Below, piece after piece: positions 14,147 to 22,487 of a DNA stretch of 47,825 nucleotides (position 1 is the stretch's first letter; each line of letters begins with the position of its first letter). Source of the stretch: a virus; IMG/VR virus record IMGVR_UViG_3300030399_000026. One strand, written 5' to 3'. A program made the position numbers and the translations under genes. The notes under the pieces were generated by a model, which saw nothing but the letters and a program-made list of their open reading frames with translations, did no database searches and was not told where the DNA came from.

Positions 14147-14401
14147 ATGTCACCGAGTGAAGAGAAAGAAAGCGGCGCTTATCAAGCAATGGTCGCATTG
14201 GGGGACGCTGTCGCCCTCCTGTTGGCGTCGACCGTTCACGAGAAGAATGTGGGGGGTAAGGTTTCCGTCTCTGTAGAGGACCTCCAAGTCCTTGTCAAAG
14301 CCCTCGGCCAAGCCGCCAATGTCCTGTCTCGACTGGGTGGTGGTGGCCCTGCGGAAGATGAACTGGTCCGCCGCGTATTCGCCCCGAGGGCTGGAGAATG
14401 A
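14147..14401 (+). CDS. Hypothetical protein (84 aa)
   Basis: RBS aaggag plus 5 nt. Confidence 0.6.
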   Translation: MSPSEEKESGAYQAMVALGDAVALLLASTVHEKNVGGKVSVSVEDLQVLVKALGQAANVLSRLGGGGPAEDELVRRVFAPRAGE

Positions 14402-14625
14402 GCCCCGAATCGCGCGCCACGATGGAACTGATCCGCCAGGAGTTAGCGCAACCTGACACAACCGAAGACCGCGCCCGTGACCTCTGCCGCCAAGCCGTAG
14501 ATCTCGTTCGCCGTGACCGTGGCATCAAAGCCGCAGTGACGGAAGAGAAGAGACCTGCTAAGCGGGCGGCAAAGGTGGACGGGAATGCGATTTTGAACGG
14601 CTTTCTTGGAGATACAAAAGCATGA
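14398..14625 (+). CDS. Hypothetical protein (75 aa)
   Basis: ATGA overlap with the upstream gene. Confidence 0.55.
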   Translation: MSPESRATMELIRQELAQPDTTEDRARDLCRQAVDLVRRDRGIKAAVTEEKRPAKRAAKVDGNAILNGFLGDTKA

Positions 14626-14918
14626 CCATCCCAACCCCCAATCCTGACGCCACAACCCTGGACGAGCACTTTCAGGACTACGTCAATCTGTGCCGCTACT
14701 CCCTCACCAAGCGCGGTGACGACGCAACCAAACTCGACGATCTGAAGGTCCTCTCTGGCTTGCGGGATACCTTCTCCCTTGGCTTCTTCGCGGGCGCCAA
14801 GATGGTCGCTTCGGCGGGGCGTGACGAAGCTAAGCTGGCCGCAGTTGCTCTCAACCTGCTCGAAGAACTCGAAAAGATGGGCAACGGCGGGCGCCCCCTC
14901 GGAGCGAGCCTGCAATGA
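14622..14918 (+). CDS. Hypothetical protein (98 aa)
   Basis: ATGA overlap with the upstream gene. Confidence 0.6.
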   Translation: MTIPTPNPDATTLDEHFQDYVNLCRYSLTKRGDDATKLDDLKVLSGLRDTFSLGFFAGAKMVASAGRDEAKLAAVALNLLEELEKMGNGGRPLGASLQ

Positions 14919-15382
14919 GTTATGTAGCCGGCCTTAAAGAAGACCGCTTTGAAGCTTTTGTAGAGCGAGTGCCTTTTTTAGAGTGTTGGGTGTGGATGGG
15001 GTATTTAGACAAACATGGCTATGGGTCTTTTCATTGGGAAGGCCGCAGCATAACCAAGCCTGCGTATCAAGCGGCTTGGTGGCTGTATAAAGGAAAGCCT
15101 CGGGGTGTTCTTAGGCATACTTGCGACAATCCGTGGTGTGTTAATCCCAGCCACTTACTAGAGGGTACGCAGCTAGACAACATTCAAGATATGCTTGACC
15201 GCAATCGCCAAGCTAGGGGGGAGCGCGCGGGCAGTAGTGTTTTGACCGAAGAGGAGGTGCGGGCAATTCGTAATTTGAGCGCACAGGGCGTGTCTGGCAA
15301 GGCTCTTGCAAAACAGTACGGTGTAAATGCGTCTTGCATATGCAAGATTGTGAAAGGTTATTCTTGGAAGCACTTATTATGA
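14915..15382 (+). CDS. Free-standing HNH homing-type endonuclease (155 aa)
   Basis: CWVWMGYLDKHGYGSFHWEGR...RHTCDNPWCVNPSHLLEGTQLDN is the HNH_3-type core. A C-terminal HTH-like segment (GKALAKQYGVNASCICKIVKG) follows. The gene is visibly more A/T-rich than its neighbours. Confidence 0.85.
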   Translation: MSYVAGLKEDRFEAFVERVPFLECWVWMGYLDKHGYGSFHWEGRSITKPAYQAAWWLYKGKPRGVLRHTCDNPWCVNPSHLLEGTQLDNIQDMLDRNRQARGERAGSSVLTEEEVRAIRNLSAQGVSGKALAKQYGVNASCICKIVKGYSWKHLL

Positions 15383-16287
15383 GCGGAAATCACAGTCCAC
15401 TTTTTCCCCATGTTTTAGATGCGACTATCCTGTCGCAGTACCGTTGCCCCCGGAAGTTCCACCTCGCCACTGTCGAGCGCTATGGCCCGTCAGGCGGCAA
15501 GTCTATCCATCTAACCGCTGGAGGAGCCTATGCTAAAGGCCTGGAAGTGGCGCGGCTTGCGTATTGTCGTGGCGACGCGCCCGAACTTTGCCTCGAAGCT
15601 GGAATTGGTGCGCTTATCGCTGAGTATGGAGACGCCGACCCCGGAACATCGGCTAAAACGCTGGACCGTATGTGTGGCGCCTTGGAGTATTACTTCGATC
15701 AATACCCACTCGACACTGACCCCGCCCGCATTGCCGTTTTGGCTGGCGTCCCTGCGGTTGAATGGTCCTTCGCTCTTCCTCTTCCTTTCATTCACCCTGA
15801 CACGGGCGCCCCGCTGCTCTACGCAGGACGCACCGACTGCATCATGAACTTCGCCGGAGGGCTCTATGCGGAGGACGATAAAACTACTTCTAGCCTTGGC
15901 GCTTCTTGGTCTAAGCAGTGGGACCTTCGTTCTCAGTTTATTGGTTACGCATGGGCCATGCGAGAGTTGGGCCTTATTCCTGCTGGCGTTATCGTGCGTG
16001 GTGTTAGCATTCTGAAGACCAAATACGAGACCGCCCAAGCCATTGTCAACGAACCGGCGTGGAAAATTGACCAGTGGGTCGAGCACCGCGATCACCTTGT
16101 AAAGAGGATGTTGGCCGACTATGCCGCAGGCTATTGGGAACCCGCACTCGACGAAACCTGCAACGAGTACGGCGGGTGCATGTTCAAACAAATTTGTGAC
16201 GTGCCCCCTAAGCTGCGCCAGAATTGGTTGGACACGCAGTTCGAGGAGAATACTTGGTCGCCCTTGCATAACATCAAGGTCGTCTAA
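15379..16287 (+). CDS. PD-(D/E)XK exonuclease, Cas4/RecB-like with Cys cluster (302 aa)
   Basis: GRTDCIM...LYAEDDKTT matches the D...(D/E)xK motif. An N-terminal Cys (YRCPRKF) and C-terminal CNEYGGCMFKQIC fit a 4-Cys Fe-S arrangement. Confidence 0.75.
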   Translation: MSGNHSPLFPHVLDATILSQYRCPRKFHLATVERYGPSGGKSIHLTAGGAYAKGLEVARLAYCRGDAPELCLEAGIGALIAEYGDADPGTSAKTLDRMCGALEYYFDQYPLDTDPARIAVLAGVPAVEWSFALPLPFIHPDTGAPLLYAGRTDCIMNFAGGLYAEDDKTTSSLGASWSKQWDLRSQFIGYAWAMRELGLIPAGVIVRGVSILKTKYETAQAIVNEPAWKIDQWVEHRDHLVKRMLADYAAGYWEPALDETCNEYGGCMFKQICDVPPKLRQNWLDTQFEENTWSPLHNIKVV

Positions 16288-16434
16288 GTGAAAATCCTCC
16301 TCTTCCTCCCCTGTTGCCTGGGGGAACTAATTCTCGTCGACTTGCTCTTACGTAAGTATGGGGCACCTTTTATGCATTTCCTGGCGGTCTGTAGTCTCTT
16401 CTACATAACCGCTTGTGCCATTTTCTAGGAGAAA

Positions 16435-16842
16435 ATGATGGCTGATTTTTTGGATGAGTGCCGTGCAGCAATCGCGAATGTAACGGAACCGGCGCAGACG
16501 AAACAAGTGGCGAGTGATCCTGTCAAGTTCGTCCATATCCGCGAGCAAGAAGCGTGGATCGACATCGCAGGCGGCAGTGTCACCTACCACCCGGCCCCCA
16601 ACGGCGGCCTTACCATCGCCTATTACCTGCTGCCTGAAGAGGGCCAACAGTGGCTAGTGCGTTTCGCCTTGGCGCAGTGCTCGCCCCGCGACAACTACAA
16701 CAAGAAGGTCGGACGTGCCATCGCCCGTGGCCGCTTGTGCCGTTCCGCAGTTGAGAATTTTTATATCCCCGACCAACTCTCGGGCGCCGAAATCACCAAC
16801 GCCGTAATCGCAGCGGCCCTCGCCTCCCTGGAGCAAGCATGA
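16435..16842 (+). CDS. Hypothetical protein (135 aa)
   Basis: RBS aggag precedes the ATG. A conserved-looking segment is FALAQCSPRDNYNKKVGRAIARGRL. Confidence 0.6.
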   Translation: MMADFLDECRAAIANVTEPAQTKQVASDPVKFVHIREQEAWIDIAGGSVTYHPAPNGGLTIAYYLLPEEGQQWLVRFALAQCSPRDNYNKKVGRAIARGRLCRSAVENFYIPDQLSGAEITNAVIAAALASLEQA

Positions 16843-17237
16843 ACCCTGAATACAAAGCCAAGTGGGTCGCCGCCCTTCGTAGCGGCAAGTATGCCCAGGG
16901 CCGCGCTACCCTTCAGCAAGAAAGCGGGGGTATGTGCTGCCTAGGCGTCCTCTGCGACATCGTTAAGGACGAGGTTGGCGGGGAGTGGAGTGACGACCGC
17001 CGAGGGGACGGGTTTGTAGACTTCCTTAGCGGGGACCTTAAGGTCGATAGAAACTATCCGCCTGTGGCTGTCTACAAGCTAGTTGGGCTGGAGGATGTTC
17101 GTGTTGGTCGGGATATCCCTGTCATTGCGCAGATGCGCCAGGACCCCCAGCCTACCCAGCACGGCCTGACTATCCTCAACGACTCCGGCAAGTACACCTT
17201 CGAGGACATCGCCAAGATCATCGAGGAGCAACTGTGA
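16839..17237 (+). CDS. Conserved phage protein of unknown function (132 aa)
   Basis: ATGA overlap with the upstream gene. The pattern WVAALRSGKYAQG...CCLGVLCD...LNDSGKYTFEDIAKIIE recalls a widespread phage family with no known function. Confidence 0.6.
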   Translation: MNPEYKAKWVAALRSGKYAQGRATLQQESGGMCCLGVLCDIVKDEVGGEWSDDRRGDGFVDFLSGDLKVDRNYPPVAVYKLVGLEDVRVGRDIPVIAQMRQDPQPTQHGLTILNDSGKYTFEDIAKIIEEQL

Positions 17238-17443
17238 TCCCCCTCAAACTCTTCCTCGCGGTCTTCTTCACCGCCATCGTCACCTTCATCTGGACGGAGT
17301 GTCACACCGCCTCCTCCTGCGACGATGACAACACCTCCATCACCCATATCGCGGGCAAGGACTACTTCTGCGCGGACTACAACTCCACCGTGGAAGTTTT
17401 TCGCCGGTTGAAGGCCAACCAAGCCAAAGGACCGCAAGCATGA
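17234..17443 (+). CDS. Small membrane protein (69 aa, GTG start)
   Basis: GTGA overlap with the upstream gene. The N-terminus is a TM segment, LKLFLAVFFTAIVTFIW. Confidence 0.45.
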   Translation: MIPLKLFLAVFFTAIVTFIWTECHTASSCDDDNTSITHIAGKDYFCADYNSTVEVFRRLKANQAKGPQA

Positions 17444-18300
17444 CCGACACTGTCGAAGTTCTAGAAGGCTTCAACACCATCCTGATGGGTGCTAGTGGCA
17501 CGGGGAAAACCCACGCCATTGGGACCCTCGTGGACACGGGCCTTGAAGTCTTTTACATCCCTTTGGAATCAGGTACGGAATCTCTTATCGGCTATTACAC
17601 CGATAAGGGTCAACCTGTGCCTGACAATCTCCACATCCACGCCCTCTCCCAACCCAAAGCCTCTTTCATGGACCTGTTCGACGCGGCGAAGCGCACCAAC
17701 ACGCTCCCCCACGACGCAGTCATGAAGATGGCCGACCCCAAGCGCTCCAAGTACGATGGCTACCTTCAACTCCTTACTTCCCTCAACGACTTCACAGATA
17801 ACAGAACTGGTGAAAAATTTGGACCGGCTGACACCTGGGGAACAGATCGAGTGGTGGTCGTTGACGGTCTCACCGGACTTAATAATTTTGCGATGCAACT
17901 TGTCATCGGAGGAAGAGCGGAAAGAACTCAAACGGACTGGGGCGTTGCCCAATCATATGTTATGTCTCTCCTTCGAAAACTCACCGATGGTTGCCGATGC
18001 CATTTCGTACTTATCGCGCACGTTGAGAGGGAGACCGACTTGGTGTTGGGAGGGGTCAAGCTCACCGTCAGTACCCTCGGAAAAGCCATTGCCGGAACAA
18101 TCCCCCCCTTATTCAGCGATGTAGTGCTGACGAAGAAGGATGTCGACAAGTTCTTTTGGTCAACCGCCGAGGCTAACGCCGATGTCAAGAACCGAAACTT
18201 GCCCTTGAAGGCGGGGCAGGCGCCCTCATTTGCTCCTCTCTACCAGAAGTGGTTGGAACGTAGCAAGGGCATGCAAAGTGTGGAGGTGGCAGATGAATAA
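17440..18300 (+). CDS. Sak4-like RecA-fold ATPase (AAA_24-type, 286 aa)
   Basis: Walker A is ILMGASGTGKTHA and Walker B is RVVVVDGLTGL. It sits next to the exonuclease and SSB-like genes, as in phage recombination modules. Confidence 0.75.
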   Translation: MTDTVEVLEGFNTILMGASGTGKTHAIGTLVDTGLEVFYIPLESGTESLIGYYTDKGQPVPDNLHIHALSQPKASFMDLFDAAKRTNTLPHDAVMKMADPKRSKYDGYLQLLTSLNDFTDNRTGEKFGPADTWGTDRVVVVDGLTGLNNFAMQLVIGGRAERTQTDWGVAQSYVMSLLRKLTDGCRCHFVLIAHVERETDLVLGGVKLTVSTLGKAIAGTIPPLFSDVVLTKKDVDKFFWSTAEANADVKNRNLPLKAGQAPSFAPLYQKWLERSKGMQSVEVADE

Positions 18301-18490
18301 GCAGAACTACTGCAAAAACGCTAACGACTCCATCAAGGAGGGGCCTTGCTCCTTTGGCGGGTACTGCTACTTCAACTGGTATCCGATGAATGCCCAGGCA
18401 ACCGTTGAACTCGACGGGGAATTCAATCTCGAAGACCTTAAGCGGCTTGCCGACCTGTTGCAACACATTAAAGAGGAGTCACTGAAATGA
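18293..18490 (+). CDS. Cys-rich small protein (65 aa)
   Basis: In-frame ATG at 18293 overlaps the upstream 3' end. Confidence 0.45.
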   Translation: MNKQNYCKNANDSIKEGPCSFGGYCYFNWYPMNAQATVELDGEFNLEDLKRLADLLQHIKEESLK

Positions 18491-18645
18491 ACGCTGGTGA
18501 ACTGCTGAAATGGCTCCAAGGGGCCATCGCTGCTGACGACTCGGTAGCTGATATGCCGGTTGTCTGTTACGTCGAAGAGGCTGACGGCCCCTGCGCCATC
18601 TACATCGGCACCCCTATGGTTTTCAAAGACGAGGTGCGACTGTGA
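18487..18645 (+). CDS. Hypothetical protein (52 aa)
   Basis: ATGA overlap with the upstream gene; found by hand translation. Confidence 0.4.
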   Translation: MNAGELLKWLQGAIAADDSVADMPVVCYVEEADGPCAIYIGTPMVFKDEVRL

Positions 18646-18884
18646 GCAACACTGGACGCCTGCGGGCACTCGACGACATCCTGAAGGAGCGGAACAATCA
18701 GGATGCGCAGTGGGGCGGCCCCGCCCACGACGATACGCACTATTCAGAGGACTGGTGGGCATACATCGGCTACCAATACAGGCGGTTCAACGACAATCCT
18801 GCCGAGACGCGGGACCGTTTCGTCAAGACGGCGGCTCTGGCCCTCGCCGCAATCGAATCACTGGATCGCAAGGGGGTAGCATGA
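18642..18884 (+). CDS. Small all-alpha protein, possibly NTP-pyrophosphohydrolase-like (80 aa, GTG start)
   Basis: The ERNNQDAQWGGPAHDDTHYSEDWW pattern resembles the phage MazG-like 'QD.KWG' family. The assignment is weak. Confidence 0.45.
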   Translation: MSNTGRLRALDDILKERNNQDAQWGGPAHDDTHYSEDWWAYIGYQYRRFNDNPAETRDRFVKTAALALAAIESLDRKGVA

Positions 18885-19105
18885 GCCCCCGTGAAGCCCT
18901 GGAACTGCTCCTTCGCCGCATCGATTACAACGCCGGTCACTGCGGCCCCATGATGGCCATCTCCGACCTCGTCCCGCACTATATGCTTCGGCTTGCGAAC
19001 GAATCTTTGGAGGAACCTGCGGAACTTATCGACGACGACCTTGTCGAACCTACTGAGCAAGCTAACCTAGACGATGGACAGGAGCAAGAAAATGAAACTG
19101 ACTAA
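18881..19105 (+). CDS. Hypothetical acidic-tailed protein (74 aa)
   Basis: ATGA overlap with the upstream gene. Confidence 0.45.
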   Translation: MSPREALELLLRRIDYNAGHCGPMMAISDLVPHYMLRLANESLEEPAELIDDDLVEPTEQANLDDGQEQENETD

Positions 19106-19358
19106 GCTGGAAATCCGCCGCAAGGAGTCGTATGAGTCGGGCTCCGAACTTCAGGGCCTCGTGGAACTCACCGGCCCCACCGGCAAGCAGGCCATCGTCC
19201 TTTCCCCAGGCTCGATCAACCGCATCATCTCGGTGATCGGTGCGGAAATCTCGAAGTCCGCGAAGGACAACGCTCGCCTCGTCGAGGGCGCGGTCCAAGA
19301 AGCTGTCGACCAGTGCCTCTTGCAAGCGCAAGACGGCTTCATCGCCATCGAGGGGTAA
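19092..19358 (+). CDS. Hypothetical protein (88 aa)
   Basis: RBS aggagc precedes ATG 19092. Confidence 0.5.
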   Translation: MKLTKLEIRRKESYESGSELQGLVELTGPTGKQAIVLSPGSINRIISVIGAEISKSAKDNARLVEGAVQEAVDQCLLQAQDGFIAIEG

Positions 19359-19359
19359 A

Positions 19360-20031
19360 ATGAAAACGTTCCTGTCCTTAACCGCAATTGCTCTGGCGTC
19401 CATAGCGGCCCCGGCAATAGCTGCGCCAGTACAATTCGAGTTGGGGATAGGAACGTCCACCTTTGGAACCCTAGCCGATGGCATCTGGTATCAGCAAGGC
19501 CTGCCCCACACGTTGCGCCTCACCGTCCCGGCCATCACTGCCGGTCTCACTGGCGCCATCCCTGTGTCGAATCATTGGACTGCCGACTGGCACGCCGATT
19601 ACGTCTTCCTGGGCGCAGTCCATTCGGATGCGATGGCGGTGCCTGACGCTAACTACAGCGTCAAGTCGGGCTCGTGCATTAGCAATTGTGGTGCTGGGAA
19701 CCAATCGCGCTTCGTCGGCAATGGCAATTCGCAAGGGCTCGCCCTCACCATCGGCCCCACCCTCCACTACGGCGACTGGCATCTTGGCGCCGAAGCCGGG
19801 GCCTTCATCTTTCGCTCTACGTGGCGCCAGACCGTTTACCCCTCTGGAGGAGGCGCCGCCGTCCACGACAACTACTCCCCACGCCTACAGGTTAAGCCCG
19901 TGGTCGGCGTTTCGGTTGGACTAGGCAACATGTCCTTCAGCGTGCGCTATTTCGCCGACCGCTCTGCATGGGACCCGGCGCCCGTAATCTGGAAGGGCAC
20001 AGTCTTAGTCTCCACAACCTACAGGTGGTAA
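19360..20031 (+). CDS. Secreted outer-membrane beta-barrel protein (223 aa)
   Basis: The signal peptide is MKTFLSLTAIALASIAAPAIA/AP. The mature part has alternating aromatic/Gly-rich beta-strand-like segments and ends in TTYRW, a terminal-aromatic OMP signature. Confidence 0.65.
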   Translation: MKTFLSLTAIALASIAAPAIAAPVQFELGIGTSTFGTLADGIWYQQGLPHTLRLTVPAITAGLTGAIPVSNHWTADWHADYVFLGAVHSDAMAVPDANYSVKSGSCISNCGAGNQSRFVGNGNSQGLALTIGPTLHYGDWHLGAEAGAFIFRSTWRQTVYPSGGGAAVHDNYSPRLQVKPVVGVSVGLGNMSFSVRYFADRSAWDPAPVIWKGTVLVSTTYRW

Positions 20032-20032
20032 C

Positions 20033-20323
20033 ATGCGTTCCCGGTTCCACATCCACATTTGGATCGGTAACGATCCCGCCATCATAAAGGGCACCTATGA
20101 AGTCGACACTCGCCAGCCGTTCGACCTCCTCATCACCGCCATCTCTTTCGAGAGTGGCCCTGTAGACATCACCACCTTCCCCTACACCGACAAGGTGCAG
20201 TGGCAACGCCTCTGGCGTGAGGTGGCAATCAAGTTAGGGCGCCGCGAGGAAACAACCAATCGGCGCTCTCGCTACGGCCAACCGGCCATCATCGGGGCTC
20301 CAGCCCCTAACGCAACGGAGTAA
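20033..20323 (+). CDS. Hypothetical protein (96 aa)
   Basis: Clean ORF starting 1 nt after the upstream stop. Confidence 0.55.
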   Translation: MRSRFHIHIWIGNDPAIIKGTYEVDTRQPFDLLITAISFESGPVDITTFPYTDKVQWQRLWREVAIKLGRREETTNRRSRYGQPAIIGAPAPNATE

Positions 20324-20327
20324 TACT

Positions 20328-20762
20328 ATGGGCATTTTTGATCCGGACTCTTTCCTCAACGACGAACAAGAGGAACTGTCCACCGAGCGTGTCGTAATCC
20401 CGGCAGGTATCCATGCCGCCTTCATCGAAGCACTCGACATCAAGGACGGGACCTCCCAATCCGGCGTCGAATGGGCCAAGCTGAACGTGAAGTTCAACAT
20501 CACGGAACCGGCTGTCCTGGCTGAGATGGAACGCGACAAGGTCGTCCTCACGGAAGGCTACATGCTCGACATCGACGAGGCCACCGGTCGTCTCGCCACC
20601 GGCAAGGGCAAGAACTACCAACTCGGTCAACTTCGCGCTGCCTGCGAAAAGCCGAAGGGTCCCCTGTCGGAATTGGTGGGCTGTCAAGTCCTCATCGAAG
20701 TGAAGCACCGCATCTATGAAGGTGCGCCGCAAGCTGCTGTGAAGTCGGTAACGCGGGCGTAA
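20328..20762 (+). CDS. Putative ssDNA-binding protein (DUF669-like, 144 aa)
   Basis: RBS ggag plus 7 nt. The size, the acidic N-terminal peptide and its placement with the Sak4-like ATPase and exonuclease match the recombination-module SSB family. The assignment is by resemblance only. Confidence 0.5.
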   Translation: MGIFDPDSFLNDEQEELSTERVVIPAGIHAAFIEALDIKDGTSQSGVEWAKLNVKFNITEPAVLAEMERDKVVLTEGYMLDIDEATGRLATGKGKNYQLGQLRAACEKPKGPLSELVGCQVLIEVKHRIYEGAPQAAVKSVTRA

Positions 20763-21042
20763 TGCCCGTGAGGGGCCAGCTGGTCCACTGCGGACTCTGA
20801 CAGCACCCGGAGGTGTGTGCCCCGAAACCTCCCCCCAATACCATGTCCTTACCCTAGCGGGTGACGACGCCCAGCGGGTGGTGGCGTGTAACCCCCGCAG
20901 ACGCCCTGTTTCGTGCTCCCTTCGGCAGTCGCACCTCCCCGAAGACCTCACGGCCTACTCAAGGTACAGCGAAGCGTTGACGTGAATGGAAAGGGAACGC
21001 CCACAAAATCCCTTCCACCCTATTCCCCAAGGAGCATAAAAA
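20763..21042 (+). other. 280-nt ORF-free, helix-rich gap B (candidate structured RNA or regulatory region)
   Basis: Hairpins include GGAGGT (20809)/ACCTCC (20826), GGCGT (20883)/ACGCC (20901) and GGAAAGGGA/TCCCTTCC (about 20987-21018). It shares four sequence blocks with gap A. Confidence 0.4.
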
Positions 21043-21233
21043 TGGATGCCATAGCTGGCTTGACCCACCACACTAAGGAGGTAGTAGAGCACGTCTCAAC
21101 GCTCTCCCCCTTCAGCCAGTGGCTACCGCCGCAAGACCCACGCGGCCTCAACATTCGGGTTGTCAATGCCAACCCCAACGACACCTACACCGTGGTGGTG
21201 ATCCGCCACATCAACACTGTGAGCTTGCCATGA
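21043..21233 (+). CDS. Hypothetical protein (63 aa)
   Basis: RBS aaggag plus 7 nt. Confidence 0.5.
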
Positions 21234-21832
21234 CCGACCACACCAGCGCCGAGCAAGACAAAGAACGGGAGAAGGTGCAAAACGCGGCTCGTCTTTTAGA
21301 AGACCTGGGAGAGGTAGATTCGGCCTACGCCGTCCGTCTGATGTTAGCCAACATCTGCGCTAACGAGTTCGCCGCCCCCACGCCGAGCACGCCCGGTCCG
21401 GTGGCGATCTATCAGACCAAGCATGTAGGTGCGTCTACGTGGATCGACGGAAGTGAGCACACATACACTCTTCGCCTGGCCTATCCGCAAGATTGGGACA
21501 CGCGTATCGTCTACAGCGCCTCGTCCGCGCGGAGGCGGTATGAACATTGGCTACGCAGATCCGCCGTACATCGGTTGCGCCCTCACGAGGCTGCCACCCC
21601 ACCCCCGCAGCCAAAGGTCGGAGACATGCTGACGAGAGCGCAGTGGTACGACATAGCCTCAAAGTACGCACTGAGAGATTGGACAAACGACTACGTGACC
21701 TTGATAAAGGCTGTGTGTGCCGATTTTGCGGCGCTCGCATCCTCCCCCACGCAGCCAGGAATAGCCTGCGGTCACGGCAATGTCGTCTGCTCTTACCCTT
21801 GCATAGGCAAAGCCCGAGGACATTGCAAATGA
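21230..21832 (+). CDS. Hypothetical protein (200 aa; the middle may hide a frame disruption)
   Basis: ATGA overlap with the upstream gene. The N- and C-terminal thirds look protein-like. The middle (SSARRRYEHWLRRSAVHRLRPHEAATPPPQP) looks like off-frame translation. Confidence 0.45.
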   Translation: MTDHTSAEQDKEREKVQNAARLLEDLGEVDSAYAVRLMLANICANEFAAPTPSTPGPVAIYQTKHVGASTWIDGSEHTYTLRLAYPQDWDTRIVYSASSARRRYEHWLRRSAVHRLRPHEAATPPPQPKVGDMLTRAQWYDIASKYALRDWTNDYVTLIKAVCADFAALASSPTQPGIACGHGNVVCSYPCIGKARGHCK

Positions 21833-22095
21833 CCGCCTGCCCCCCCAACCTCCGCAAGGTTCCGCGCTCGTGGAAGAAGACCTCCACCGGCTCGACCCCA
21901 ATGGGCGACCGCCTGAAGAAGGAGCGCATGCGTATGGGCTACACCGTCAAAGGCTTCGCCTCGGTAGTGGGCTGTACCGACTGCGCTGTGACTGGCATGG
22001 AGAACCGGGGTGTGATCTGCAACCTCTCCACCATCGTCGCTATGGCGCAAGTCCTCAACTGCTCCCTCGACTGGCTCGTCCTGGGGGAAGAATAA
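21829..22095 (+). CDS. XRE-family HTH transcriptional regulator (88 aa; alternative start 21901)
   Basis: LKKERMRMGYTVKGFASVVGCTDCAVTGMENRGVICNLSTIVAMAQVLNCSLDWLV is a Cro/C1-type HTH. ATGA overlap with the upstream gene. Confidence 0.65.
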   Translation: MTACPPNLRKVPRSWKKTSTGSTPMGDRLKKERMRMGYTVKGFASVVGCTDCAVTGMENRGVICNLSTIVAMAQVLNCSLDWLVLGEE

Positions 22096-22448
22096 TGTTC
22101 TGCTGGTTTGGTCACAAGTATCAGCCCTTGCCTCAACTATGGGACGGCGAAGCCGGTTTAGAAGTCCACACCGACTTGGAACAGTGCCAACGTTGTGGCA
22201 ACTGCCGCCCCTTGCCGGGGGCCTACGCATGGCTGGCGGATGTCTACTTATCTGACCAAGGTAGTCGAGGGTTTGGATCCGGAGGAAGCGTGTTGAATAA
22301 TGAACGAGAATTGAAGCTGCTCATTGCAGAGACGGTCGAAGCGCTTCGCGACCTGAAGAGACAGCAAGAGCTTTGGTGCCGGGGCGATGGACTCGACACA
22401 ACCCGCGTGTTGTCAGCGCTTGAAAAATGGGAGTCTTCGGATGCCTGA
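22095..22448 (+). CDS. Hypothetical protein with an N-terminal GHK...CxRCG element (117 aa)
   Basis: TAATG overlap with the upstream gene. MFCWFGHKYQPL...CQRCGNC resembles the prophage DUF1660-type N-terminus. Confidence 0.5.
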   Translation: MFCWFGHKYQPLPQLWDGEAGLEVHTDLEQCQRCGNCRPLPGAYAWLADVYLSDQGSRGFGSGGSVLNNERELKLLIAETVEALRDLKRQQELWCRGDGLDTTRVLSALEKWESSDA

Positions 22449-22487
22449 ATACCACGGTTCCGTCCTACTTCTGCCGGGAGATGGGGA

